From contig JAVKIH010000002.1 of NCBI GenBank assembly GCA_031459625.1, positions 73,174-137,173 of the forward strand: DNA of 64,000 nucleotides. Direction: 5' to 3'. This document shows, piece after piece, positions 28,917-39,028 of the stretch. The notes under the pieces were generated by a model. The model made no database searches. It was not told the DNA's origin and saw only the letters and a program-made list of their open reading frames with translations. The position numbers and the translations under genes are program-made. This DNA is from Candidatus Geohabitans tengchongensis (lineage in GTDB: Bacteria > Sysuimicrobiota > Sysuimicrobiia > Sysuimicrobiales > Humicultoraceae). Position 1 is the stretch's first letter. Each line of letters starts with the position of its first letter.

Positions 28917-29636
28917 TCAGGGCGCGGCCGGGCGCGCGGCCAGGTGCAGGCGCGGCCGGCCGGTCGCCACCGCCCGCCGCCCGTTCAGGTCGACGGTGAT
29001 GGTCTCCGCGGTGAGGACGTCCTCCCCGCGCCGCACCACCGCGCCGCCGGTGAGGACGGCCAGGCCGCGCTGCCGGTCGAAGCGCCCCTGCGGCGCCTCC
29101 CCCCGCCACGGCCCGGCCTCCAGGCGCACGCCCTCCCGCCCCTGGGCCGTCTCCTGGCGCAGGTCCACCGTCAGGTGGCCGGCCGTGAGGACGGCCGGCC
29201 CCTCCTCCCGCTCCTCCACCAGCCGCGCGCCGGCATCGGCCACCACGGTGCGCGCGCGCACGTCGGCCACGAGCCGCGGGGCGGTCACCGTGAGCGTCCC
29301 GCGCCGCACCTCCACGCCCCCCGTGGCCACGGCCTGCCCGGTGCGCTCGTCGTACCGGACCTCCGGTGCGGCCAGGCGCGCCTCGCCGTAGCGGATGACC
29401 ACCGGCTCGCCGCGCAGGAGCCACGTGCGCGCGGCCGCGTCGTACTCGGCGTAGACGATGCCGGTGGCATCCAGCGCCGGCGGGCCCGCCGGGGGTGCCG
29501 CCGGCTGCGCCGCCGCCGGCACCGTCCCGGCCGCCAGGACCAGGGCGAGCGCGAGGACCAGGCCGAGGACCGCCAGGCGCGCGCCCTGCGGGCGCGCCGG
29601 GGCCGCTCGCTGCGTCCTGCTCGCATGACCGGTCAT
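28917..29636 (-). CDS. lptA: LptA/OstA-like periplasmic protein
   Basis: Signal peptide, beta-jellyroll repeats, position between lptC and lptB. Confidence 0.7.
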   Translation of the reverse strand: MTGHASRTQRAAPARPQGARLAVLGLVLALALVLAAGTVPAAAQPAAPPAGPPALDATGIVYAEYDAAARTWLLRGEPVVIRYGEARLAAPEVRYDERTGQAVATGGVEVRRGTLTVTAPRLVADVRARTVVADAGARLVEEREEGPAVLTAGHLTVDLRQETAQGREGVRLEAGPWRGEAPQGRFDRQRGLAVLTGGAVVRRGEDVLTAETITVDLNGRRAVATGRPRLHLAARPAAP

Positions 29637-30316
29637 CGCTCCGCCTCATGGACGCGGACGCGGATGTGGCCGACGAGGCGCGTCCGCCGCAGGGCCACGT
29701 CGCTCTCCAGGCGGTCCGCGCGCACTTCCATCCCTCCCTGGACCAGCCGCACGCCGCCCGTGGCAGTGAGCCGCCGCGCCGCGGCGTTCCAGTGCACGCG
29801 CGCCGCCGCCAGGCGCCGCCCTGTCGGCGTGTGGGCGCGCACGCCGCCCGTCAGAGACACGTCCCGGCTGCGCAGGTCGAAGACGCCGCCGGCGGCCGCC
29901 ACGGTCACGACGCGCCGCCCCTGCTCGTAGAAGTGCCCGGTCACCTGCTCCAGCCTGACCTCCTGCCGTTCATTGTCGACCACCAGCCCGCGCGCCTCCA
30001 GTTCCCACTGCAGCCGCCCCGCCGGGTCGGCGGCGCTCAGGCGCCCCTCCGACATCTGCACGGCCGGGATGCCGGGGAGCGGGGCCGGCGATCCCTCACC
30101 CGGCGACGGCGGTGCCGCTCCCGGCGACGGTGCAGCGGCTGCCGGCGACGGTACAGCGGCTCCCGGCGACGGTGCAGCGGCTGCCGGCGATGGTGCACTG
30201 GCTCCCGGCGTGGCGGGCGTCGCTGGGGGGCGGTGCTGTCCCTGAATCAGCCAGGCCGCCGCCGCCACCGCCACCGTCGTCATGACGACGGCGAGCAGGA
30301 GCCGGTTCCCGCTCAC
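29633..30316 (-). CDS. lptC: LptC-like protein with Pro/Ala repeat linker
   Basis: N-terminal TM helix, GRLQWELEA, jellyroll; synteny. Confidence 0.75.
   Translation of the reverse strand: MSGNRLLLAVVMTTVAVAAAAWLIQGQHRPPATPATPGASAPSPAAAAPSPGAAVPSPAAAAPSPGAAPPSPGEGSPAPLPGIPAVQMSEGRLSAADPAGRLQWELEARGLVVDNERQEVRLEQVTGHFYEQGRRVVTVAAAGGVFDLRSRDVSLTGGVRAHTPTGRRLAAARVHWNAAARRLTATGGVRLVQGGMEVRADRLESDVALRRTRLVGHIRVRVHEAER
30099..30205. repeat. About 5 copies of a 21-bp coding repeat (SP[AG]AA[AVP]P) in lptC
   Basis: ccggcgacggtgcagcggct[cg] repeated in tandem. Confidence 0.85.
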
Positions 30317-30351
30317 AGGAGGGTCTCCGGGTCACGCATGCGGCGGGGACG

Positions 30352-30546
30352 TCACGGCTCGATCCGTTTCCCCTGTCCCGCCAGCGAGGCATTCACCTCG
30401 GCGGCGCGTGCCGCTTCGGTCCGGCCGAGCGGAATGATGTCGGTCCCGAAGGCGTCCTCGAACGCCCGCAGGTCCGATGCTCGAAAGGCCTCCTGCACCC
30501 CTCATCGTGAGCCCACATCCTCTGCGTCCACCACCAGTGTATTCAA
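30352..30546 (-). pseudogene. Degraded PIN/VapC-like remnant
   Basis: Frame LNTLVVDAEDVGSR*GVQEAF...DIIPLGRTEAARAAEVNASLAGQGKRIEP* resembles VapC. Confidence 0.5.
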
Positions 30547-31715
30547 GCCCCCGGCCGCGCCGGCGCGTCCACAAGCCCCAGGATCGCCTCGGCGGCCCGG
30601 CCCGCGGCCCCGCCCGGGCCCAGCCGGTCGCGCAGCGCCAGCAGCGTCTCTCGCATCTCCGCGCGCCGACCGGGTGAGCGCAACCAGGCGACCATCTCCG
30701 CGGCCAGCCGCTGCGGCGTGAGCGCCTCCTGGAGGAGCTCGGGGACGACCAGACGCCCCGCCACGAGCGAGGGGAGACCGGCCGTTCCCACCGCCGCCAG
30801 GCGCCGCGCCACCCACCAGGTCGTGCGCGAGAGCCGGTAGACGATCACCATGGGGACGCCGAGGACCATCGCCTCCAGCGTCGCCGTCCCGCTGCAGACC
30901 ACGGCGAAGTCCGCCGCGCCGAGCGCCGCATAGCCCTCCGGCGTGCCTCCCGGCACCAGGCGCACCGGAATGCCCGAGGGCACCGCCCGGTCCAGCGTGC
31001 GGGCCGTCCAGGGGTGGAACGGCGCGGCGGCGACCAGCACCACGGCCTGGAGTCCGGGCACCTCCTCGGCGGCCAGGCCGAGCGCCCGCGCCATCACCGG
31101 CAGGTGGCGGCGGAGCTCCTGCCAGCGGCTGCCGGGCAGGAGGGCCACCGTGGGACCGTCGCCGAGGGCCAACCGGGCTCGCACCTCGCCGGCGGCATCG
31201 GAGGGACGGACGCGGTCGAGCACCGGGTGCCCGACGAAGACCGCGTCGGCACCAGCCGACCGGTACGCCTCCGCCTCGAAGGTGAAGGCGGGCAGCAGGT
31301 GCAGGCCCAGCGCGGCGATGCGGCGCGCCCGGTCACCGCGGCGGGTGGAGACCATGGGCGGCAGGAAGTAGGCGATGGGGACGGCCCCGCGCAGGCGGTG
31401 CGCCAGGACGAGGTTGAACCCGGGGAAGTCGATGAGGACCAGCACCGCCGGCCGGACCCGGCGGATCAGCCGCTCCACGCGGCGCAGGCGCAGGAGGAAG
31501 GCCGGCAGGTGCACCACCGCCTCGGCCCAGCCGATCACCCCCCACGCCGTGGTGTCCAGCAGCACGTCGCACCCGGCGGCGGCCATGCGCGGTCCGCCCA
31601 CCCCCACCAGGGTGAGGTCGGGGCGCCGCGCCCGCAGCGCGGCGACGAGGTCGCTGCCGTAGATGTCCCCCGAGACCTCACCGGCCACCAGGAAGAGGGC
31701 GGGCCCCTCCCTCAC
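30543..31715 (-). CDS. lpxB: Lipid-A-disaccharide synthase
   Basis: VAGEVSGD, IDFPGFN, FVGHP, LLPGSR, SGTATLE, PELLQ. Confidence 0.93.
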   Translation of the reverse strand: MREGPALFLVAGEVSGDIYGSDLVAALRARRPDLTLVGVGGPRMAAAGCDVLLDTTAWGVIGWAEAVVHLPAFLLRLRRVERLIRRVRPAVLVLIDFPGFNLVLAHRLRGAVPIAYFLPPMVSTRRGDRARRIAALGLHLLPAFTFEAEAYRSAGADAVFVGHPVLDRVRPSDAAGEVRARLALGDGPTVALLPGSRWQELRRHLPVMARALGLAAEEVPGLQAVVLVAAAPFHPWTARTLDRAVPSGIPVRLVPGGTPEGYAALGAADFAVVCSGTATLEAMVLGVPMVIVYRLSRTTWWVARRLAAVGTAGLPSLVAGRLVVPELLQEALTPQRLAAEMVAWLRSPGRRAEMRETLLALRDRLGPGGAAGRAAEAILGLVDAPARPGA

Positions 31716-32572
31716 GGGAGGTCGACCGGCAGCGGCTCCCCCTCCTCGTCCACCACCGGCGCGCCGTTGCGCGACCAGCGCGCGATCCCCCGACCGCCGG
31801 ACTGCGACTGCTCGACGAAGACGATCAGCTCCTGGACCAGGGGGTGGTCGCCCAGCCGCTCGCGCAGCGCGGCCACGCCGGCGCGCAGCCCGCGGCGCCC
31901 GCCGTAGAGGAGCCGCAGCGCGCGGCGCAGGACCAGGACGTCGTCGGGGGAGATGCCGCGCCGCTGCAGGCCCACGCGGTTGAGCCCGCGCACCAGCGCG
32001 GGCTGCCCGACCACCATGGTGAAGGGCGGGGCGTCCTGCCGGACGACGCTGTAGCCGCCGACCATGGCCAGCCGTCCCACCCGGCAGAACTGGTGGATAC
32101 CGCTCATCCCGCCCACGTAGGCGTCATCGTCGACCCGCACCCACCCCGCCAGCTGTGTGGTGTTCACGATGACGACCCGGTCGCCGATCTGACAGTTGTG
32201 CCCCAGGTGGACGTAGGCCATCAGGTAGCAGTCGCTGCCCACGACGGTGGCCAGCCCCTCCCCCGTGGCCCGGCTGATGTTGGCGTACTCGCGGATACGG
32301 TTGCGGTCGCCGATGCGCACGAAGCTGCGCTCTCCGCGGAAGTTGCGATCCTGGGGCACGGCACCGATCACCGCCCCCGTGGCGATCTCGTTGTCCCGCC
32401 CGATGCGGCTGCCGTCCTCGATGACGACGTGCGGCCCCAGCACCGTCCCCGCCCCGATGACCACGTCCGCGCCCACCACCGCGTACGGGCCGACGCGCAC
32501 CCCCGGGTCGAGGTGGGCCTGCGGGTGCACCACTGCCGTGGGGTGGATGTCGGTCACCCGCACCTCGCTCAT
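31712..32572 (-). CDS. lpxA: UDP-GlcNAc O-acyltransferase, copy 2
   Basis: Hexapeptide repeats; PQD, MAYVHLGHNC, HQF, RQDAPPF. Confidence 0.88.
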   Translation of the reverse strand: MSEVRVTDIHPTAVVHPQAHLDPGVRVGPYAVVGADVVIGAGTVLGPHVVIEDGSRIGRDNEIATGAVIGAVPQDRNFRGERSFVRIGDRNRIREYANISRATGEGLATVVGSDCYLMAYVHLGHNCQIGDRVVIVNTTQLAGWVRVDDDAYVGGMSGIHQFCRVGRLAMVGGYSVVRQDAPPFTMVVGQPALVRGLNRVGLQRRGISPDDVLVLRRALRLLYGGRRGLRAGVAALRERLGDHPLVQELIVFVEQSQSGGRGIARWSRNGAPVVDEEGEPLPVDLP

Positions 32573-33414
32573 GACCGTCCCGCCTCCGCGTCCCGCGGCT
32601 GGAGCGGCGGGGCGTCCACCGCCACCACCGTGATCCCAGAGGCCTGGGCGGCGTGGCGCACCTCCATGGGGTCGAGGAGGATCGTCCGGTGGGCCTCCAG
32701 GGCCAGGACCCGCGCCCGGACGGCGGCGAGTGTGGCCACCGTGTCGGGCCCCACCGTGGGGACGTCGAACCGCGGGTCCTGCTGCGTGCGGCCGACCTTC
32801 GCCACCACCGCCCCGGGGGCCATCGACCCGCCCCGGCGGATGGCCTCGTCCGTCCCCTCCGCCGCCTCCACCGCCAGCACCGCGCCGCCCTTGACCACGA
32901 CCGTCTGCCCGACCTCCAGGTCGGCCAGGTGGCGCGCCACCCGCACGGCCACCTGGACGTCCGTGGCCTCTTCCGGGGCGGGCGGCGGCCCGGCCAGCAC
33001 GCCCGGCGGGGCGAGCAGGTCCCCCACGTAGGCCAGCTGCTCCCCCACCCGGATGCCCCACCGGCCCAGGGCCGACGCCACCGCCGCGAGGAAGGGCTGG
33101 TCTCCCCGGTCCCGCACCGTCTCCAGCAGGCGACGTGCGGCCGCGTCCCCCCCGGCCAGGTCGCCGTGCACCGCCGCCCGGGAGAAGCGGCCGGCCAGCA
33201 GCACCTCGGTGACCCCCTCGCCTTGCAGCAGCGCCAGCAGGCGCCCGACCTCACCCAGCGGCGTCCGCACGTAGACGTCGGCGGCCTCGGCCAGCTGCGG
33301 ACTCGCGCCGCGCACCTGGATGGCCAGGACCCGGCGGCCGCCGGCGCGCGCCCGCGCCGCCAGCACTTCGGGGAGGCGTCCCTCCCCGGCCAGGATGGCC
33401 AGCGTGCCGTTCAC
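32569..33414 (-). CDS. lpxI: UDP-2,3-diacylglucosamine pyrophosphatase LpxI
   Basis: ILAGEGRLP, VGQTVVV, AVEAAEGTD, QDPRFDVPTVG. Confidence 0.9.
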   Translation of the reverse strand: MNGTLAILAGEGRLPEVLAARARAGGRRVLAIQVRGASPQLAEAADVYVRTPLGEVGRLLALLQGEGVTEVLLAGRFSRAAVHGDLAGGDAAARRLLETVRDRGDQPFLAAVASALGRWGIRVGEQLAYVGDLLAPPGVLAGPPPAPEEATDVQVAVRVARHLADLEVGQTVVVKGGAVLAVEAAEGTDEAIRRGGSMAPGAVVAKVGRTQQDPRFDVPTVGPDTVATLAAVRARVLALEAHRTILLDPMEVRHAAQASGITVVAVDAPPLQPRDAEAGRS

Positions 33415-34244
33415 CGCTCCCACCGGATCACCCCGCGCTCGCGCTCCCGCGCCGCCCGCAGGAAGTCGATGAGCTCCCGCACCAGCGGGTGGTGGCCGAG
33501 CTCGGCTTCCAGGGCCAGCACCGCCGCGCCCATCCCCAGCCCCGACTGGTAGAGGATGCGGAAGGCCCGGCGCAGCGTGATGCGGTCGGCCGCGCTGACG
33601 CCGTGGCGGCGCAGCCCCACCAGGTTCAGGCCGCGGCAGCGCCCGGGCTGCCCCGCCGCCAGCATGAAGGGCGGCACGTCCTGGCGCAGCATCGCCTGGG
33701 CCGCCACCATGGCCAGGCGGCCCACGCGCACGAACTGGTGCAACGCGGCCATCCCGCCGACGTAGGCCCCGTCCTCCAGGACGACGTGCCCGGCCAGCAT
33801 GGCGCCCCCCACGACCACCACGCGGTCGCCGATGCGCACGTTGTGGTCGATGCGGGCGTAGGACATGATGAAGTTGTCGTTGCCGATGGTGGTGGCCTCG
33901 CCGTCGCCGGTGGCCCGGCTGATCGAGGCGTACTCCCGGATGAAGTTGCGGTCGCCGATCAGCGTGTAGCTGACCTCGCCGGTGAAGCGCCGGTCCTGCG
34001 GCTGGCAGCCCACGATGACCCCGGCCGAGAGCTCGTTGTCCCGGCCGATGCGCACGCCGTCCTCGATGATCACGTGCGGCCCGATGCGCGTCCCCCGGCC
34101 GATGACGACGTCGCGGGCGACGACCGCATAGGGCCCCACCACTACGCCGGGCTCCAGCCAGGCGCCGGGCGCCACGACGGCGGTCGGGTGGACCTCCACC
34201 GGCGGGGAGGGCTCGTGCGGGTCGGTGGCGGTGCGCATCGTCAC
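33411..34244 (-). CDS. lpxA: UDP-GlcNAc O-acyltransferase, copy 1
   Basis: Hexapeptide repeats; [26 protein letters not shown]. Confidence 0.9.
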   Translation of the reverse strand: MTMRTATDPHEPSPPVEVHPTAVVAPGAWLEPGVVVGPYAVVARDVVIGRGTRIGPHVIIEDGVRIGRDNELSAGVIVGCQPQDRRFTGEVSYTLIGDRNFIREYASISRATGDGEATTIGNDNFIMSYARIDHNVRIGDRVVVVGGAMLAGHVVLEDGAYVGGMAALHQFVRVGRLAMVAAQAMLRQDVPPFMLAAGQPGRCRGLNLVGLRRHGVSAADRITLRRAFRILYQSGLGMGAAVLALEAELGHHPLVRELIDFLRAARERERGVIRWER

Positions 34245-34732
34245 GAGGCGCCCTCATCCCTCCCGTCGGCCCCCCAGGTCGCCTCGGGGGGCAGCGCGAA
34301 GGTGAGCTCGCCTTCGGCCACCACCTGCTCCTCCACCCGCGCCACCGCCCACACCTTGCCGATGCGCCCGCGCACGGCCCGCATCTCCACCTCAATGCGC
34401 AGGGTGTCGCCGGGGAAGACCGGGCGGCGGAAGCGGCAGCGGTCGATGCCGGCGAAGTAGGCCAGCCGCCCGCGCAGGTGGGGACGGTTGAGGATCAGGC
34501 AGGCGGCCACCTGGGCCATGGCCTCGACGATGAGCACGCCCGGCATCACCGGCTGGCCGGGCACGTGGCCGGGGAAGTAGGGCTCGTTGATGGTGACGTT
34601 CTTCAGCCCCAGGATCCGGTCGGGGCCCACCTCGAGGATGCGGTCCACGAGGAGGAAGGGGTAGCGGTGCGGGAGCACGGCCAGGATCTCCTCCACCGCC
34701 ATGGCGTCCTTCCGGCCGGTCTCTTCGGTCAT
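34241..34732 (-). CDS. fabZ: 3-hydroxyacyl-ACP dehydratase
   Basis: [33 protein letters not shown]. Confidence 0.95.
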   Translation of the reverse strand: MTEETGRKDAMAVEEILAVLPHRYPFLLVDRILEVGPDRILGLKNVTINEPYFPGHVPGQPVMPGVLIVEAMAQVAACLILNRPHLRGRLAYFAGIDRCRFRRPVFPGDTLRIEVEMRAVRGRIGKVWAVARVEEQVVAEGELTFALPPEATWGADGRDEGAS

Positions 34733-35637
34733 GCCACCCCTCCCGCGCCATCCGCGATGGACCCGGCCCCCCGGCGGGCGATCGCCCGGGCCAGGGTCAA
34801 GTGGAGCGCGTGGCCTCCGCGCTCCACCTCGATCCGCCCCCGCAGCCTGGCGCCCAGCAGGGCTAGGTCGCCCAGCAGGTCGAGGAGCTTGTGACGCGCC
34901 GGCTCGTCGGGGAACCGGGGCGGGGTGAGGTAGCCCTCGGGGCCCAGGACGAGCACGTTGTCGGGCGAGGCGCCGTGCGCGAGCCCGCGGGCGCGCAGGG
35001 CCGCGGCCTCCTCCGCAAAACCCCACGTCCGCGCCGGTGCGATCGCCTCGGCGTAGGAGACCCCGGGGCCGTACCGGGCGACCTGGCGTCCCAGCGGCGC
35101 GGGCAGGTCCACGACGTACGTCACCTCCAGCGCCGGCCCCGGCGCGCTGCGCGCCAGCCCCGCGCCGTGCGCCACGGTCGCCTCACCCACTTCGATCACG
35201 GCGGCCGACGCTTCCTGCTCCACCGGCTCGGCGGCCCGCAGCGCCTCGACGAAGCCGCGCGCGCTGCCGTCGAGGGCGGGCAGCTCCGGCCCGTCCACCT
35301 CGCAGAGGAGGTTGTCGACGTCCAGCCCGGCCGCCGCCGAGAGGAGGTGCTCCACGGTCGCCACGGCGGCCTCGGGTGCCGTCCCCAACGTCACGCCGCG
35401 CGCGGTCGCCTGCACGGCCGCCAGGTCCGCGCGCACCTCCGGCGCCCCCGGGAGGTCGACCCGGCGGAAGCGGATGCCCGTGTGCGGGGGAGCGGGCCCC
35501 AGCCGCACGCGCACCGGCCGGCCGGTGTGCAGCCCGATCCCCGCGAGGTCGACCGGCCGCCGGACGGTGCGCTGGCGGAGGACCTCGGGCGGGCGGGCCC
35601 GCTCTTCACGCATGGACCCGGAGGGTTCGGTCTTCAC
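34729..35637 (-). CDS. lpxC: UDP-3-O-acyl-GlcNAc deacetylase
   Basis: [32 protein letters not shown]. Confidence 0.94.
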   Translation of the reverse strand: MKTEPSGSMREERARPPEVLRQRTVRRPVDLAGIGLHTGRPVRVRLGPAPPHTGIRFRRVDLPGAPEVRADLAAVQATARGVTLGTAPEAAVATVEHLLSAAAGLDVDNLLCEVDGPELPALDGSARGFVEALRAAEPVEQEASAAVIEVGEATVAHGAGLARSAPGPALEVTYVVDLPAPLGRQVARYGPGVSYAEAIAPARTWGFAEEAAALRARGLAHGASPDNVLVLGPEGYLTPPRFPDEPARHKLLDLLGDLALLGARLRGRIEVERGGHALHLTLARAIARRGAGSIADGAGGVA

Positions 35638-37538
35638 TCATGGGGCCGGAGGGCGAGCCGCACCGGGTAGAACGACCCCGCGGCGGGCATGGTGAGGATC
35701 TCGACGGCGCGCGTCTCGCCGCCGGCCAGCGTCCAGGTGGCAAGGCGCTGGCTCTCGCCCGCCCGCAGGACGCCGAGCTCGACCACCTCCCCCGCGATCA
35801 GGAAGACCCCGCGCGCCGGGCCGCCGGCCGCGGTGGCCGTCAGATCGACGCTCAGCTCCCGGGGCTGCGGGTTGACCAGGACGGGCGCCAGCCGGTAGAG
35901 GATCCCGTAGTCGCCGACGAGCACCTCGCCGGTGCGCAGGTCGCGCGGCCGCCCCCCTGTGCCCAGGTCGACGAGCACGGCGGCGCGCGTGACGTCCACC
36001 GTGGGGCCGACCGTCACCGTCGTGAGCTGGAAGGTCCCGCGGGGGTGCGGGTAGGCGGGTTGGTTGACCTCGCTGGTCACGGTCCCCTGGAGGAGCCATG
36101 GCGACCGGATGTGCACGGCCACCTCCAGCGCCTCACCCTCCAGCAGCTGCAGCTGCAGGATTCCCGAGACGAGCTGCCGCGGCGCCAGCCCCTGCGCGGT
36201 GAAGGTGTAGGTGGAGCGCGGCAGCAGCTCCAGCACGTACCCCTGTCCGTCGGCCACGGCCCGCAGGAAGCGCAGCGTGGCCACGTGCCCCACGTAGAGC
36301 GGGTCCGGGGACGGCCCGGCCAGCCCCCGCAGCAGCAGGAGGCGGGCGGGGCGGTCGCTGCGGTTCCCCAGCGAGACGGTGAGGATGCGCGCGTGGGGGG
36401 AGCCGTTCATGTGATGATAGAGGAGCCGGGTGGGGTGGGCGCCGTCGACCACGTCCTGGAAGAGGACTCCGTTGGTGACGACGACCTCCGGCCGGTTGCT
36501 CACCAGCAGGACGGTCGGATCGCGCACCGCCACCGTCTCGTGGAGCACGGTGGCGGGCACGACCCGGGAGACCGGCAGGGCGTAGGGGCTCTGCAGACGC
36601 GCCGGGACCTCCAGCACGATCGGCCCGGCGGGCGGACCGTTGCCGCCCTCCGGCGGCGGCAGCTCGGGCAGCGGCGGCATCGGCCCCACCGTGAGCACCG
36701 CCCCGGGCTGGCGCACCGTCAACTGGTCGATGCGGCGGGTCACCGCCTCCGCGACCAGCCCCGGGTCTAACGTCTTCCCGGTGACGGTCACCGTCACCGC
36801 CTCAGGGAGGATCCCCGCCTCGGCGCGCACCGTCACCGCCAGGCTCACCTGCGTGAGCCCGGCCAGCAGGGGAATGAGGACCGATCCGGGCCGGCGCGCC
36901 TCCACGACCAGGACGCCGGGCGCCCCCAGACGGGCCTGCGCCACCTGCTCGTCGTGCGGTCCCACCCTTAGCGGCTCCGGCGGGAAGACCGTCACCTGCA
37001 CCGTCGCCACCGCTCCGGGGGGGAGGAGGAGACGGGCGGGCGCGATCAGGACGGCCGGGCGGACCAGCGCCTGCACCAGGCGCCCCGCCCAGACCGCGGC
37101 CAGGGCCTCCGGGGTGGTGGCGTGGGCGGCGGCCTGTGCGGGGTCCACGGTGACTAGGCGGCGGCCGTTCAGCAGGAGGTCGGCGCCGCCGGCGTGGACG
37201 GCCACGGCGACCTCCGGCGGCCCTCCGGCGGCCGCGGCGGCTTCCAGCCGCCGGACTACCTCGGTCGCTCGCCGCAGCGCGTCGGGACCGCGCAGGCTCA
37301 GCACCACCGTCCCCTGCACCACCACCTGTACCGCCCCGGCTGTGGGGACGACCCTGGCCCACCCCGGCGGGGCTGCAGGGGGAGCGGCCGGTGCGCGGTC
37401 CGGCGCCGCCGCGGCCAGCACGGCCAGCGCCAGACCCGCGATGAGGCCTGCCCGGTGCCGCGCGCCGGGCCGGTACCGCGCGCCGGGCCGGTGCCGCATG
37501 TCGGACCGCACGGCAGTGCGCCCGGACCCGGCAGCCAT
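35634..37538 (-). CDS. Exported hypothetical multidomain protein between lpxD and lpxC
   Basis: Long ORF tightly coupled to both neighbours; signal-like segment; LLVSNRPE and RLLYHHMN motifs. Confidence 0.75.
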   Translation of the reverse strand: MAAGSGRTAVRSDMRHRPGARYRPGARHRAGLIAGLALAVLAAAAPDRAPAAPPAAPPGWARVVPTAGAVQVVVQGTVVLSLRGPDALRRATEVVRRLEAAAAAGGPPEVAVAVHAGGADLLLNGRRLVTVDPAQAAAHATTPEALAAVWAGRLVQALVRPAVLIAPARLLLPPGAVATVQVTVFPPEPLRVGPHDEQVAQARLGAPGVLVVEARRPGSVLIPLLAGLTQVSLAVTVRAEAGILPEAVTVTVTGKTLDPGLVAEAVTRRIDQLTVRQPGAVLTVGPMPPLPELPPPEGGNGPPAGPIVLEVPARLQSPYALPVSRVVPATVLHETVAVRDPTVLLVSNRPEVVVTNGVLFQDVVDGAHPTRLLYHHMNGSPHARILTVSLGNRSDRPARLLLLRGLAGPSPDPLYVGHVATLRFLRAVADGQGYVLELLPRSTYTFTAQGLAPRQLVSGILQLQLLEGEALEVAVHIRSPWLLQGTVTSEVNQPAYPHPRGTFQLTTVTVGPTVDVTRAAVLVDLGTGGRPRDLRTGEVLVGDYGILYRLAPVLVNPQPRELSVDLTATAAGGPARGVFLIAGEVVELGVLRAGESQRLATWTLAGGETRAVEILTMPAAGSFYPVRLALRPHE

Positions 37539-38609
37539 CTACTCCCCGCCCTCCGGCGCAGCCCCCGGCTCGTCAGGCCCGCGCGCGTCGGCCGCGCCTC
37601 CAAGCCGCGTTTCCAGCGCCCGCAGCCGCTCCAGCAGCTCGGGGACCCGCCGCAGCGCCGCCTGCAGCCGCAGCTCGTCGCGGTGCGGCTGCGCCGGGAA
37701 CCCGGAGACGATGGCGCCGGGAGGCACGTCGCGCGTGGGGACGGCCCGGGCCAGCACCCGGGCCCCCGCGCCGATCGCCACGTGGTCGGGGACGCCGACC
37801 TGTCCGGCCAGAATGGCGCCGTCGCCGACGGTGACGCTGCCGGAGAGCCCCACCTGTCCCACGATCAGCACGCCCCGCCCGATGCGGACGTTGTGTCCCA
37901 CCTGCACGAGGTTGTCGATCTTCGTCCCCGCGCCGATACGCGTCTCCCCCAGCGTGGCCCGGTCGACGGCGGTATTGGCCCCGATCTCCACGTCGTCCTC
38001 GATCACCACCCGTCCCAGGTGAGGGAGCTTCACCGCGCCCTCCTCTCCCTGCGCATACCCGAACCCGTCGCTGCCGATGACCACCCCGGCGTGCAGGCAG
38101 ACGCGGTCCCCCAGGACGGTCCGGGGATAGAGGGTCACGTGGGGGTGGAGGACGCACCCCTCCCCGATGACGCACTCGTCGCCCACCACGGCCCCGGCGA
38201 GGATGGCGGTGCGGGCCCCCACACGCACGCGGTCCCCCAGCACCACGTGGGGGCCCACCCCCACTCCCTCCCCCAGCACCACGTCCGACCCGAGGACCGC
38301 CGTGGGGTGGACGCCGACCGGGTAGGCCGGGGCCGGAGCGAACCACTGGAGGAGCCGGGCGAAGGCCAGGCGCGGGTTGGCCGCGCGGATGGCCGGCTTG
38401 CGGCCGGGCGGGAGCTCGGCCGGGAGGAGGACGGCGGAGGCCTCACTGGCTTCCGCCACCCTGAGGGCCCGGGCGTCGGCGGCGAAGACGATGGTCCCGG
38501 GCCGGGCCCCGGCCGGTTCGGCGACGCCACTGATCACGAGGTCGGGGTCGCCCAGGACCTCGCCGCCCACCCGGGCCGCCAGCTCCCCCAGGCGCGTCGG
38601 CGCGTTCAC
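37539..38609 (-). CDS. lpxD: UDP-3-O-acylglucosamine N-acyltransferase
   Basis: [31 protein letters not shown]. Confidence 0.95.
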   Translation of the reverse strand: MNAPTRLGELAARVGGEVLGDPDLVISGVAEPAGARPGTIVFAADARALRVAEASEASAVLLPAELPPGRKPAIRAANPRLAFARLLQWFAPAPAYPVGVHPTAVLGSDVVLGEGVGVGPHVVLGDRVRVGARTAILAGAVVGDECVIGEGCVLHPHVTLYPRTVLGDRVCLHAGVVIGSDGFGYAQGEEGAVKLPHLGRVVIEDDVEIGANTAVDRATLGETRIGAGTKIDNLVQVGHNVRIGRGVLIVGQVGLSGSVTVGDGAILAGQVGVPDHVAIGAGARVLARAVPTRDVPPGAIVSGFPAQPHRDELRLQAALRRVPELLERLRALETRLGGAADARGPDEPGAAPEGGE

Positions 38610-39028
38610 CGCAGGCGCTCGATGACCTCGTCGGTGATGTCCACAATGCGCCCGGGCTGGGCGTGGATGATCGGCCCCTTCACCAGCACCCCGTAGCGCA
38701 GGCGCCGCTCCCGCACCACCTGGGCGATGACGGCCCGGACCTCCTCGTTCAGCCGCCGCTCCAGCTCGGCCTTGAGGGCCTCCAGCTCCTTGAGGTACTG
38801 GTTCCGGCGGGCCTCCAGGTCGGCGGGGGGGAGCCGCCCCGCGAGCAGCCGCAGGTCGGCGGCCATGGCCTTCTCCTGCTCGTCGAGCTGCCGCTGGTAG
38901 GAGAGCGCGCGCACGCTCTCGGTGAGGACGCGGTTGGTGTCCACCACGCCCACCGCCGCCGGAGCGCAGCCCCCCAGCGCCAGGGGCAGCACGGCGAGCA
39001 GCAGGGCGGTCGGGCGGCGCAGGGTCAC
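38606..39028 (-). CDS. Short OmpH/Skp-like lipoprotein
   Basis: LGGC lipobox, [20 protein letters not shown]. Confidence 0.75.
   Translation of the reverse strand: MTLRRPTALLLAVLPLALGGCAPAAVGVVDTNRVLTESVRALSYQRQLDEQEKAMAADLRLLAGRLPPADLEARRNQYLKELEALKAELERRLNEEVRAVIAQVVRERRLRYGVLVKGPIIHAQPGRIVDITDEVIERLR

Noticed and set aside
37451..37497. Short coding duplications (18-bp RPGARH/Y; 27-bp GARAAPG near 51970-52025)
   Set aside because: Slippage in flexible N-terminal regions; no sign of an independent function
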